DNA of 64,000 bases, taken from Gracilinanus agilis. Its lineage: Eukaryota. Within the stretch, counting starts at the first letter, position 1. Each line of letters begins with the position of its first letter. Below are positions 11,772 through 23,418 of this stretch, one piece after another. The notes under the pieces were generated by a model that did no database searches, was not told the origin of the DNA, and saw nothing but the letters and a program-made list of their open reading frames with translations. The DNA lies in assembly GCF_016433145.1 (NCBI RefSeq), contig NC_058132.1, forward strand, positions 298,419,267 to 298,483,266, in the 5' to 3' direction. Both the position numbers and the translations under genes were made by a program.

Positions 11772-12919
11772 GTGAGTATATCTTAACTCTATTCAGATTG
11801 GGCAGCAGCAAACTGCAGAGCTATGGCCAGCAGGTGTGATGGGTTCTAAATTAACAACCACTGAGAGGATAGTTATCAATGAACTTTGGTCATTTTAAAA
11901 AATATTTCTAAGAAACATCTTGAGGTTCTTTTGATGGTATCAGTTGTAACATGATGTTGTTATGAGATATAGAAGTTCATTTGGAACTTGTTCCTCTCCT
12001 GGTAGAGAGCTGAGATTTCACTATAGAATAATGAATCTTTTCACCTTTGAATCCAGGATACTAATGTTTTTTATAATCTGTGATTGGTATGGAATTACAA
12101 ACTTCTTTAACAAGACCTTTCTCTCTGCTACTCTATTTGGTTTTTTTTTTCATCCACTAATCCTAAAACAATTATAAGTGATCTCTTTTTTTTTTACTGT
12201 TACTGCCTCCCCTGCCCTTCATCTGCCATGGTCCATATACACACTTCACTTTCTTATTTCCCTTAATTTCTATTAGATGGCTATTATTCTTCCACTTCCA
12301 TACCATTTCAGGAGCAAGGGCTATTGGCTTCACTCATATCTTTCCCTTTCCCTGTCCACTGTCTTCTGATGGGGCACTATAATAAAAGAATATATCATAA
12401 AAGAGGAGGAAATCAACTTCCACTCCAAAATGTACACCTAATAATGTTTGTCATAGTGGCAGAACCAGTAGCTTGACTCTTTAGACATTTCATATTTCCC
12501 TCCTTCCTTATAGTCACAATTACTTTTAATTTTAAAGTCACTACAACAAATATTAAGTGTCTATGGGGATATAGAAAAGGATGTGACACAAATCCTGTTT
12601 TTAAGAGACTTACTGTCATGTGGGATGTGTGTGTTGGGGGAAGGATAGGGGAAGTATGATATGAAAAATAATGTGAAAAGAGATCCAGGAAAAATATTAT
12701 GAGAAATATGAAAAGGGAAAGCTCGCTGACAAGCTATAGGAGGAGATATCAAATTGTACTATAAGAAGAGAATAATGCCAGAGGAAGACACTGAAGAAAA
12801 AAGACTACTTACTAATTTTGGAAATAAAACAAACAAAAATAAGAAATATATAAAAATAAATTAAAGCTTATAGACATAGGGAGGGGGGAAATTTTTAGTG
12901 CAATACAAAAAAAAACCTC

Positions 12920-13450
12920 TAAAGCATTCTTTTCTATGATAGAATGAAATGAATTAGTCTATACAAGATATGATTTGAACCAAGACACAGAGATGGAAGA
13001 GGACAAGATAAAAATTAGAGATTGAGTTTGACTGGAATATAGAATATATGAGGGTGATAATGTGATATGTATATGAAAAGGTAGATTGGCATCAGATTAT
13101 AGAGAGTTTTGAATACAAAGATCCAGAATTAATCTTTTATTCAATAAGCAATTAGTTGAAGAGTAATGTGATCAGAGAAATGCATTAGGAAAATTATTTG
13201 GGTAGTGGTATGAAAAATTATTTAAAGAACAAATGGACTAGGGCAAGAAAAAACAATAAGGATATTTATATTAATAATCCATTTGAGAAAAAAGAGGGCC
13301 TGAACTAAAATGGGATAGGATTAATAGGAATAGAAATTAGAGGGTGAATAATAAAAGATTATAGAGGTGGAATTGATTAGGCAACTCATTGTATGTCTGA
13401 GATGAGGAAGCAAAAAGTCAAAGATGCTTTTGAGTTTCTCACATACAAGA
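12920..13450 (-). mobile_element. Old L2 fragment
   Basis: aaggtagattggcatcagattatagagagttttgaatac...gaggaagcaaaaagtcaaagatg, L2-like. Confidence 0.55.
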
Positions 13451-13689
13451 CTAAAAAGATACAGTGCCATACGAATTCTTATGTTTACATATTTATTTGA
13501 ATTTTTACAACATTTTACATACCACTTTTGATCAATAAAATGCTTTCTTTATTATAACCTCATGGGGTATTATTATGATTTTCATTTTATTTAAGGAAAC
13601 AGGGCCAGAAACATTATGATTCACTAACAGTTGTACAGTTAATTAATATTGAATCCAGAATAGTCTTTAATATAGTTCATAGTGTCTAT

Positions 13690-14530
13690 CTAAAGCCAAG
13701 AGCTAGCATTACCCATAATGGAGAAATTTTAGAGTCCTTTATAATAAAATCAGGAGTAAAGTAAGAATGTCCACTGTCAACATTGTTAATTGATATATTT
13801 CTAGAAATGTAACCTATAGCAATAAAACAAGAGAAAGAAACTGAGAAAATTAATATAGCAAATAAGTGTACTACTTCTAAGCTTATAACCCAAAGATATC
13901 AAAGAAAGCAGGAATGGGCCTATATGTACAAAAATACTTATAGAGATGTTTTTGTTGTCTTTGTTGTAGCAAAAACCTGTAGGCATTGGGGTTGCCCTTC
14001 CATGGGGGGCGGTGTTACTGAATAAATTATCTTGAACAAATACAACGGAATACTATTATACCATAAGAAATTATAAATGGTCAGATTCAGAGAAACTTGA
14101 GAAGACTTGAATGAACTGATGTAAAATCATCAAATGTGTGGATTTGTTTTGCTTGACTATGCACATTTGTTGCAAGAGAGGGCTTTTATTTATTTGTTTT
14201 GGAGCAATGAGATTTAGGGGAGATTATGGAGATAATGATGGTGATACTTAAAAAACAGAAATTACAGAAAAATAGAAAGAAAAGGACCTTGATGAATCAT
14301 TTTTTAAAATTAGCATAAAAAAGCTAAGTGAGGGCATAGACCAATAGGACAGTGTTGAAATTACTATGTTAAATTGGAAATATATAAAAGAAATAACCTA
14401 ATCAAAGAATAATATTGATTCTCAACTTCAAATGCAGTACTTTTGTTTGTCCTTTGTGCAAGGAAGTGATTATATTTGCTGATATTTGTCAAGATCACAA
14501 TGATAATAAAAAGGAAAAATTAAAAATTTA
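13690..14530 (+). mobile_element. Old marsupial L1 (RT fragment fused to the ORF2 end and 3'UTR)
   Basis: tcaggagtaaagtaagaatgtccactgtcaacattg...gcaataaaacaagagaaagaa corresponds to the decayed SGxRQGCPLS...AIRQEKE region. It is followed by ORF2-end sequence (tgtacaaaaatacttatag, gaatactattat). Confidence 0.75.
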
Positions 14531-14534
14531 TTCA

Positions 14535-14810
14535 AGGTATGGGAAGGGAAGAAATAAGCTTTTATTAAGCAACTAACTACTGCGAGCCAAGCACTGTAGT
14601 TAAGTGTTTTGCAATTATCATCCCTTTTGAGCCTCATGACAATTTTGTGGGGTAGATACTATTATAAACCCAGTTTCACTGATAAGGAAGCTGAGGCAGA
14701 AAGGGACGATAAGTGTCTTTCCCAGAGTTTCACAGTAAGTGTCTAGAACTGGAGTTGAACTCACGTCTTCCTGGCTCCAGGTCCAGTGCCCCTTCCACTG
14801 TATCACCAAC
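14535..14810 (-). mobile_element. MIR SINE
   Basis: tttattaagca...ttttgagcctcatgacaattttgtggggtagatact...gaggaagctgagg...gtccagtgcc. Confidence 0.8.
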
Positions 14811-16134
14811 CTTTTGGGATTGTCACTGGAATAAGATCATGGCAAAGACATACAATGAGGGGATAAAAGGAACTTATTGAAAGTTGAGAACCTTGATAAA
14901 AACTACTAGATGCCCTCCTAACTGTGGTCTTCTGAATCTAAAACCAACAACATATCATTATGAGGATTTTAAGTCATTATCAAATCCCAAACACATTTTA
15001 ATTATTTTAAGTATGTTTGGAATCTTGGCATTCAGATAGTAATGTAATAACTGTCTATAGATATGAAATTGAAATTGCTTGTGAGCATTAGCAGAATTCT
15101 GATAAAGCTGAGTTTGTATGTGTTATAATGGAAGATCTTTGATAGTCTGATGTCATAGCTGAGTAGCTACTGGCATCATGCTTTGGTCTAGGTAAAATGA
15201 CATCCAATCTATTCTGGGAGGACGTGCTTCCTCCACAACTAGTGGCTTATATTATCAGTAAATGGAATTAAGAAGATTTGGAGATATTCCCATGAGCTAA
15301 CATACTTTACAGAGTAGTGATATAAGTAAATATCTTAAAACACAAATATTTCCCTTTCAACTCAACCTTTGACTCCTCTTGGAAGAGTCCTCAGATGTAC
15401 ATTATCACCACAGCTGACATTCTTTCCAGTTGTTCCAACACATTCATTTGGCACCAGTTGTCCTATCTTTCTGTGTAATTTCAATATCAACTGAAATTTG
15501 GAAGGGAATAAAGATTAAATTTTCCAACTTTGTTGTCTTAGCTTCAGTGCTAATTTCACCAGTACATATACTAAAATTAGAGTTTTAGGTGTCATTTTCA
15601 GTACTTTTGTGTCCTATTCATTTATTTTGTTTCCTATTTATTCAGATTCTAAATAAATAAAAATAAGAAGACTATGTTAGGAAGAGATTTCCCACCTCTG
15701 GAAATGGCCATTATGCATTTTTTTCAGAGTAAATCTAAAATGATTGTGGGAATCAAAAAGAAAGTGGATACACCAAATTAAATATCTCAAAGCACTGAAA
15801 AGGATCCTATTTTTTAAAAAAGGGCAAAGCAACAGAGAACATGAAGAATGTCATCTTATGTCAAGCTTCTTACCATTCAGGTTGAGAGGAACTCTAAATC
15901 ACTAATTATAAACCACCTTGAGAGAAAGCAGATGAGATTCAGGGTATTGTTGGCTGCTGGGGCCCTAGGATTAGGCTTCTGTGTGTTGGTTAGAATACCA
16001 AATATTGTGTCCATTTGGAATTATTTGGTGACAGTCCAAGCATCATTAAAGCCATATGTTATTTAGACTGAGCAGTTGGTATGGAGTTGTGGGTGGATTT
16101 GAAAGATGTGATCACCCCTTCTAGGGTTTGGATA

Positions 16135-16400
16135 GTTGGAGGGAAAAGGACACTGGTCTAGAAGTCAAGTAACTTGGGTTCTGATACTTGAGTCTTGACT
16201 CTGCTACTAAATGGCTGCATGTCCATCAGAAAGTCAATTAATCTCTCTGTACCTTTCTTCCTCATTTATGAAAATGGGATATTGAGATCTGTGAGAGTTG
16301 TCATATAGAGAAATGAAAGCAAAAATGTCCAAGTACATTAAAAATATTTTACAAGTAAAAGGTGATATGTTACATTATCATTATATTATTTTTGTGTGGT
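16135..16400 (+). mobile_element. MIR/MIR3 SINE
   Basis: cttgactctgctactaaatggctg...tcctcatttatgaaaatggg CORE motif. Confidence 0.65.
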
Positions 16401-16449
16401 AGCTTACCTTTTACAAATAAATAAGTTCTTGAGAAGAGGAGATACTTTC

Positions 16450-16600
16450 TATTTTTAACTATTTTTTATAATTTTAACTTTTTAAACTATTTTAGTTAAA
16501 ATAGTTAATTATAAATTTTATTTTTATATTTTTATATTTTATATTTAAAATAGTTAAATTTTAGTTAAAAATAACTATTTTAATTTTTAACTATTATAAT
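16450..16600. repeat. AT-rich tract with internal inverted repeats
   Basis: aactatttta-gt-taaaatagtt (16485-16506) and ttaaaatagtta-N15-taactattttaa (16545-16583). Confidence 0.8.
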
Positions 16601-17634
16601 TGTCATTCCTGGCAAAGATGTTGTGAGGAGATGGCAGAATCTGTCTGTCTGACTGTCTGTATCTCTGTCATTTTTATCTTGAATGCTCACCAAAAAATAA
16701 TTAAGCAAAAACGACAACATTTTAGAAATGATTTTCAGACACATAAAAAACCCTTTGCTTCCTCTAAGGAGACATCACTTCCATCTGTCTCCCTTTTGTT
16801 TCAAAGTAGAAGGAGATTTCTAGAATTTAATAATCTAGGAAATTTGAATTTGAAAATGCAAAAAGAATGGAATTTATTTATTAAGCTTTACCTTCATTTA
16901 ATGTCATTCTTCCAATTGGATCTTTCCACTTAGAGCCTTCTCTTTGTTTTTAAATCTCTGAATTTCTCATGATAGTGCTCCATGGTCTGAGATGTTCTGG
17001 CTTGACTATTGCATGTTTAATGTTACCTAAATATTGTCTTTTAAAAAAATTAACATTTATATACTTACAAAGTAAAAGACAATAATTCCTAAGAAAATAT
17101 TTTGGTAATTTCTAGATGGCTAGATACCTGACAGTGTTGATGAGTCACAAGGAGACTTTTAATCTCATGATTAAAACCATGATCACAATCCTCTATGCTT
17201 TTAGCTTTGGTTTAACTAGTTTTAATCTTTTGTATTATTCCCTGTAAATTCAAAGTCATGCTGTGGACTGCCAGCAGGAACTAAATGTTGGCATACTAAT
17301 GAGCACAAAGGAATGATAGAGGTAGGTGGATTAGAAGAATCTGCTAATCAATTCTTTGATTAGGGAATCATGGTTCTCTTAAGTGCCAAAGACCATATTT
17401 AGGGTGCATCATTTTGGAAAATAGCCAACTGGACCTCAATTCCTCCTTTCTATAGCTTTTCAAGCTTCATTTTAGAGTCAATTTTTATTCCTAATTTGTT
17501 TATTTCTATATTCAATGACCCAATCTTTCCCTTCCCTTCCAGAACTCTGAGCTTACATAGACCCAGTTTAATTCTGGGGACTTGAGCAGAAAAGGGGCAT
17601 TGCCTTATGAGTTCAAATTTAGTTTCACGCACTT

Positions 17635-17820
17635 ATGAACTATATGATGCTGGACACATCTCTTAACGTGTCTCAGTTTTTTCTGCCTCAGTTTTTTCAT
17701 CTGTAAAATGGGGATAATAATAGTAACTACTTGCCAGGGTTGTTGCGAGGACCAAATGAGATATTTGTAAAGCACTTAGTATAGTTTCAGGCACAGAGTA
17801 GTACTTTATAAATGCTTTTC
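17635..17820 (+). mobile_element. MIR SINE
   Basis: cctcagttttttcatctgtaaaatggggataataatag...gagatatttgtaaagcactt. Confidence 0.8.
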
Positions 17821-17971
17821 TCTTTCCCCTTCTCACCCCTAACTTCTAGGGCTGAAGTGAGAATAAAAGGAAGCCTCAGAGTTGGTCACACTTGAGCACA
17901 TTTGAATGAAAGTAGAGATTTTATAATGTACAGGTGAGGAGTAAGAGCATTCCAGACATGGGGATATATGC

Positions 17972-18402
17972 NNNNNNNNNNNNNNNNNNNNNNNNNNNNN
18001 NNNNNNNNNNNNNNNNNNNNNNNNNNNNNNNNNNNNNNNNNNNNNNNNNNNNNNNNNNNNNNNNNNNNNNNNNNNNNNNNNNNNNNNNNNNNNNNNNNNN
18101 NNNNNNNNNNNNNNNNNNNNNNNNNNNNNNNNNNNNNNNNNNNNNNNNNNNNNNNNNNNNNNNNNNNNNNNNNNNNNNNNNNNNNNNNNNNNNNNNNNNN
18201 NNNNNNNNNNNNNNNNNNNNNNNNNNNNNNNNNNNNNNNNNNNNNNNNNNNNNNNNNNNNNNNNNNNNNNNNNNNNNNNNNNNNNNNNNNNNNNNNNNNN
18301 NNNNNNNNNNNNNNNNNNNNNNNNNNNNNNNNNNNNNNNNNNNNNNNNNNNNNNNNNNNNNNNNNNNNNNNNNNNNNNNNNNNNNNNNNNNNNNNNNNNN
18401 NN
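17972..18402. other. Assembly gap (431 N)
   Basis: Run of N abutting a (GAAG)n microsatellite. Confidence 1.
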
Positions 18403-18445
18403 AAGGAAGGAAGGAAGGAAGGAAGGAAGGAAGGAAGGAAGGAAG
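18403..18445. repeat. (GAAG)n microsatellite
   Basis: Perfect aagg repeats running into the gap. Confidence 0.98.
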
Positions 18446-19564
18446 AATTTTGTGTATAGGTAGCAGAATGGAAAGCCAGTTTGACTGGAATTTAGATAGT
18501 TAGCAATATAATCAACTTGAAAAGATAGACAGGCACCAGATTGTGAATGACTTTAAATGCCAAAGAGAGGAGTTTATGGCTTTTCCTAAAGGCAATTAGG
18601 AACCATAGAAGTTTCTTGAGTAGATGAGTGACATGGTTAGCTTTATGAATACCAATTCCTAAGTGAGAGCAGCTCCTGTATGCTCTCTGATTCTTGACTG
18701 TTTGCTTTGATTTTGACATGTCATTCTGCCTTGACCTCTAGTTTCTGCATATTCTCTAGGTGTATAGGATGGATTAGAGTGAAGAGATACTAAGAGGAAG
18801 TTTGGGATATGGAAAGGTTTAGACATTTTCTTGTCTAAAAGTGGATGAGGACCTTTTCAACACTATGCGTCTATGATTGCCTATTATTATATTCAAGTCA
18901 AGTGGTTTTTAATCAGTCTTTCACTTTAAAGTAAATGGAATTTCTGAGTCTATTTTTATGTAGTCATTATATATTCAACAAGTGCCCTACCAAAAATTTG
19001 CAAATGTCAAGATCTTTAATATGCTATGCTCACATTTTATGAATAGATTCTTAAAGATTGGAAATTAGATATTGTTCCCTTTAATAATGCCAAAAATCTG
19101 GAAAATTCACTTCCATCTTTGCTCAACTGTTCTGTTCTTTTTAAGACAAAAAAGCTATTAAGGTGTTAAGATTTTTAAGATACCTTGCATAAATGTCATT
19201 AGCATAGAACTCCCATTTTTAAAAAAAGGCAAGAGAAAAAATGAGCAAAATTTTATCAGTTCATTGAAAAAATCTGAAAATGTTTATGAGTGACTGGTTC
19301 AGAGTCACAAAGTTAGTAGATATGTGAGGCAGGATTTGAATTTGCATCTTTTTGAATCCAAGCCCAGTGCTCTACACCATGTAGCTAATCACTTTATATT
19401 CTTTTAGCTTATTAAAGTGAAAATTTCAGAAACAAAGAGTTGTTAAAACCCTTCAAAAGTTAGTTAAACTCCTTAGAAAGTGTAAGCATCCTCTGTGGGC
19501 CATCAGTATTTTGTTTTGCTAACTTCATAAGGAGCTTTCTTTTTATTGCTAGTTTTGGAAACTC

Positions 19565-19745
19565 TTACCTTCTGCCTTAGTATCAATTTTAAGGCAGAAG
19601 AATGGCAAGGGCTAGGTAATTAGGATTAATTGACCTTATTAGGGTCACACAAATAAGAAGTATCTGAGGCCAGAGTTGGACCCAGGTCCTCAGGTCCTCA
19701 GGTCCTCAGGGCTGGTACTCTATCCACAGCAGTACCTACCTGCTC
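19565..19745 (-). mobile_element. SINE1/Mar-type SINE with an internal 8-bp triplication (caggtcct x3)
   Basis: cttaccttctgccttagtatc...gggtcacac...tatctgaggccag. caggtcct occurs at 19683, 19691 and 19699. Confidence 0.85.
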
Positions 19746-20329
19746 CCATAATGAGCTTTAATTCTCCTTAGTATGTCCAGTAAGCATCAATTACTCCCTT
19801 GTGTTTGGGAATGAATGGAATTGAATTTAAGCAATTAGAAGTTTATAGAGTGAAAAGGCTCAGATTAAATCTGAATCCTCGCTTTAAAAAAAAAGGACAG
19901 GTAGTCTGTTGATGTTTCTGATACATTTTCACCTTAGGCCTAGTAATGGGACTTCAGAACCCTTTAAAGGTTTCTACTGTGACTTTTCTGGCTTTAACAG
20001 AGTTGTAAATTGCACTGTTGGCCTAAAAGGTAATAGGCAAGTTATTTTATCATATTATGGAACATTAATGAACAATGTTTAGTTGAACACAGTTTCTGTA
20101 CCTAAAAAAATTAACTAAATATTGAAAACTGAATTAATTTGCCCAGATATTTTTTTAACTGATTAGCTTTTTAGGACCATTCTTAAGTACTGATCCAACT
20201 ATACCATTCATCCTAATCAATTTAGGTTTCTCTTGTTTCCAGTGTGAACCATTTCTTATGAGAGATCTTGCTCCAAACCCTTTTCCTTTCTATTTAACAA
20301 GAGAGGCTCACTTTTACTCTTTAAGAAAC

Positions 20330-20510
20330 ACTTATCTTCTGCCTTAGAATGGATATTAAGTATTGGCTCCAAGACAGAATGGTAAGTGCTGGGCAAAGGG
20401 GGTTAAGTGACTTGCCCAGGGTCATACAACTGGGAAGTATCTGAGGCCAGATTTAAACCCAGATCCTTCTGCCTCCAGGCCTGGTGCTCTATCCTCTGAC
20501 CTACCTAGTT
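20330..20510 (-). mobile_element. SINE1/Mar-type SINE
   Basis: gtattggctccaagacagaatggtaag...aagtgacttgcccagggtcatacaactgggaagtatctgaggcc. Confidence 0.88.
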
Positions 20511-22691
20511 TCTCTTACTTTTACTTTTTTTCTAGTGAACAATAATAAAATTGAGAACCAGAGAATTCTGAGATTCCATTATTTCTTTTTTTTCATCTGG
20601 TTAACTCATTTATCTTCTCTCTCTCATGATTCACCTGCTCCTTCCCATGGATCTAGTGATGAGTCATACCACAAGAATCCAGTCATTAGTCTATCCTGCT
20701 GCTTGGTAGCACTGTTGGTCTTTAGCATCTGCCTGCTTTCTGATTCTTGACTGCTTGCCTCAATTTTGACATCCTATTGTACTTTGACCTCTAGCTTCTG
20801 CATTTTCCCTATCCTCTGCCTGCCAGTTTGATACTGGATTCATTGCGCTGACTTGGTTCTTAGATTCTGGGAATTTTTTGGGACCAACAATTCTTACTAG
20901 CTCTTACACTTTTATGGAATAGACCTTTCTTTCAATTCAAAAAACAAGATTTCCTGATTCTGATTTCTGATCCTCCTTTTCCTTCAACTGTTGGCCTCTA
21001 ATCAGAGATAGACCTTCATTAGAAGGAAGATAGAGTAGAGACTCTTTACTTTTCTGCACCTCAGTGTCTTTATCTGTAAAAAAATGTAATGGCTAGCCAA
21101 GATGATCTCCTAAGCTCTACTGATAATTTGTGAACCCCCTCATCTTCCATTGGCTCTCCTTAACCAATTTTATTAAATACAGTTTATGAAATTGTCTTTT
21201 TAAAAAAGTTAAACCTGGAGAAATTTAAAAAAATAACTACCTATCATCAGGTATGAGAAAAGTAAGCTCCTTGAGGGCAGTGTCTGGTTTTCATTTTATC
21301 TTCCATACCTTCCCCTCCACCTGCTACCATCCTTGACAAATAGTATATTTATTTAATGTTGTCCTTGTTGAACTGAAATGGGGAGAAATGGGGGAAGATG
21401 ATCTTAAAACTAATTTGAATATCCCTTACATTAAAAAAAAAAGAAAATCTAAAGGGCTGAAAATGAAGCGAGGCGAAGGGATCAGCTAATATGGCAAAGA
21501 ATAAAAGAGGCATGAACAGGTTTTTGCCAAGTCAGATTGCATAGGGAATTCCAAGGGTATGGTCTCAAGTCTCTGATTAAAATGCAGCATGTACAATAGG
21601 AAATAAAACCACCTGCTGAAATTAGTTTTGGAAGAGAATCAGGACACCTGCAATGAAAGGTACAGCTTGATTCCCATTATGGGCACCTGACATTTTCCAT
21701 CTGATTACAGCACAGTCAGGAGTAACACAGAAGCTCACCAATCCTAGCTGTCTCTTTAGGCTACAAATCTACACTGTTGGAAGGAGAAGTACTGGCAGAT
21801 GGGAGGACATTGTTCGCCTCCGCAGCTTCATAATTCTGCAAAAACGAGGCAAAAACAAATCTTCCTAGTTCAGGAGTTCATTTTCCTGTGCCAAGTCTAC
21901 CCAAATTTCATTATGCTTAGCAGGATATTGAAGGGAAAACTTTGGGAGCACTATAATGAATAGTCTCTGAGTGTTTTTCCATGTGAAGAAAAAGGGAATA
22001 TGTATTATATGGGGTTCCTATCCTTCTCTCACCTCCCCAAATGGCTGAGCCAAGAGTCTTGGCTAGATTGAAGAATTGTAGTAGACAGGATGCAGTCCTG
22101 TTGTTTTAACTTGTGAAGGTCAAAAATTTTGACTTTATTCAATGTGTTCTGTACGATACAAAACCTTTCAATTTCATCATAAATTTGTTCTTGCAATTAA
22201 GCTTATGACAGTCTGCATAAGACATTTCAAGAAACTATACAGTGACAAAAATAATTCAATATCTGATTTAAATGCATAGATAATAAACTTGGAAACATTA
22301 TATAAGAGAAATAATTATCAAACTCTTTCTAAGAAAAACAATCCAATGATCACCTCTTGATATTTGATATAAAAACAGTTATTGTTTGTTATAAAGTTTA
22401 TGCATATATCAAATATTATTCCTTGTATTGCCTCACCCCTCTGATATGCTATATAGGCATATACTTGCTCAATCTGATAAGATCTCACCATCATGAGATT
22501 ACGCAGAAGCTGGAAATATCTCAAATCTAGTTTTAACCTAAACCAGGTATACTGATCCCTAGGTTCGCACCTTTCAAAAGCCCCCATGAATAGTACATTG
22601 CTGTACACACTGTATAACTCCTGCTCCTAGGTCAACTGCTGGGATATTATTAGGAACTTTGCTTTTTTTGGAAAGGATCCAATGCAACAAA

Positions 22692-22711
22692 CATCATCAT
22701 CATCATCATCA

Positions 22712-22763
<52 letters not shown>
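22692..22763. repeat. Compound (CAT)n(TAT)n microsatellite inside an L2 tail (about 22680-22850)
   Basis: catcatcat...tattattat followed by ggcactgtgctaaattagaaagac...gccctcaaggaacatacattcta. Confidence 0.95.
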
Positions 22764-23102
22764 GGCATTTACTAAAGGTAAGGCACTGTGCTAAATTAGA
22801 AAGACAAAAAAAAGTTTTGCCCTCAAGGAACATACATTCTATGGCAGTCAGATGGCTTTGGCTTTTCTGAGCTTTTAAAACCTGATCACACTGTCTTTGG
22901 GACTAAATGCAAAGACTGACGAAGAAAGAAGACTTAATCAATCCTATGATAGATTAGCTGTTTGCTTGCTTTATCCTGCTCTGAGTGAAAGGTAAAGGCA
23001 TATTAAGTAGGATAAGAAATGGAAAATTTCAAAGTTGGATGGGACCTTATTACGCCACCCAAGTCAACCTCTGTGCATAGTATTTTAGAAATATATAAAA
23101 GC

Positions 23103-23320
23103 AGCTAAGCATCAGGGCACATGCCTATAAGTCCTCCTTCCTTCCAAGGAGGTTGAGGCTTTTGTATGGCTTGAGTTGGAGAGTTCTGAGCTCCTGTGGC
23201 CTATGCAGATTGGATGTCAGAACTAAGTTTGGCATAAATTGGTGAGACTGGAGAATGGTGAATCTAACCATATCATAACAGAGCGTGTCAAGGCTTTTAT
23301 GTCAGTTAGTTCAGGAATCA
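23103..23320 (+). pseudogene. Decayed 7SL (SRP RNA) retrocopy / 7SL-derived repeat
   Basis: Collinear with recalled 7SL sequence: ggcacatgcctataagtcc ~ GGCGCGTGCCTGTAGTCC; ggaggttgaggct...gcttgagt...gagttctgagct...ctatgcagattggatgtcagaactaagtttggcataaattggtga ~ GGAGGCTGAGGCT...CTATGCCGATCGGGTGTCCGCACTAAGTTCGGCATCAATATGGTGA; acagagcgtgtcaa ~ ACGGAGCAGGTCAA. CpGs decayed. Confidence 0.85.
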
Positions 23321-23353
23321 GAGAGATGGAGAGATCTAATGCTTTTTAAAAAT

Positions 23354-23358
23354 GTCTG

Positions 23359-23404
<46 letters not shown>

Positions 23405-23418
23405 CATCCATCCATCTA
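23354..23418. repeat. (TCTA)n/(TCCA)n microsatellite
   Basis: tctatctatc...tccatccatc. Confidence 0.97.

Noticed and set aside
17934-18503. Long ORFs containing X runs (also 1838..2023, 34375..34686, 62512..63081)
   Set aside because: Artefacts of N gaps and the (GAAG)n repeat.
20650-20750. C/D-box snoRNA candidate (GTGATGA...CTGA)
   Set aside because: No terminal stem and no recognisable rRNA/snRNA guide sequence.
22200-22620. Possible ancient Penelope-like or viral fragment (ORF 22318..22608 and the + frames)
   Set aside because: I translated several frames by hand and found no convincing motif, and stops are frequent. It would need a profile-HMM hit to be credible.
22627-22870. Poly-N/D and poly-S/L ORFs
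   Set aside because: Translations of the (CAT)n(TAT)n microsatellite.
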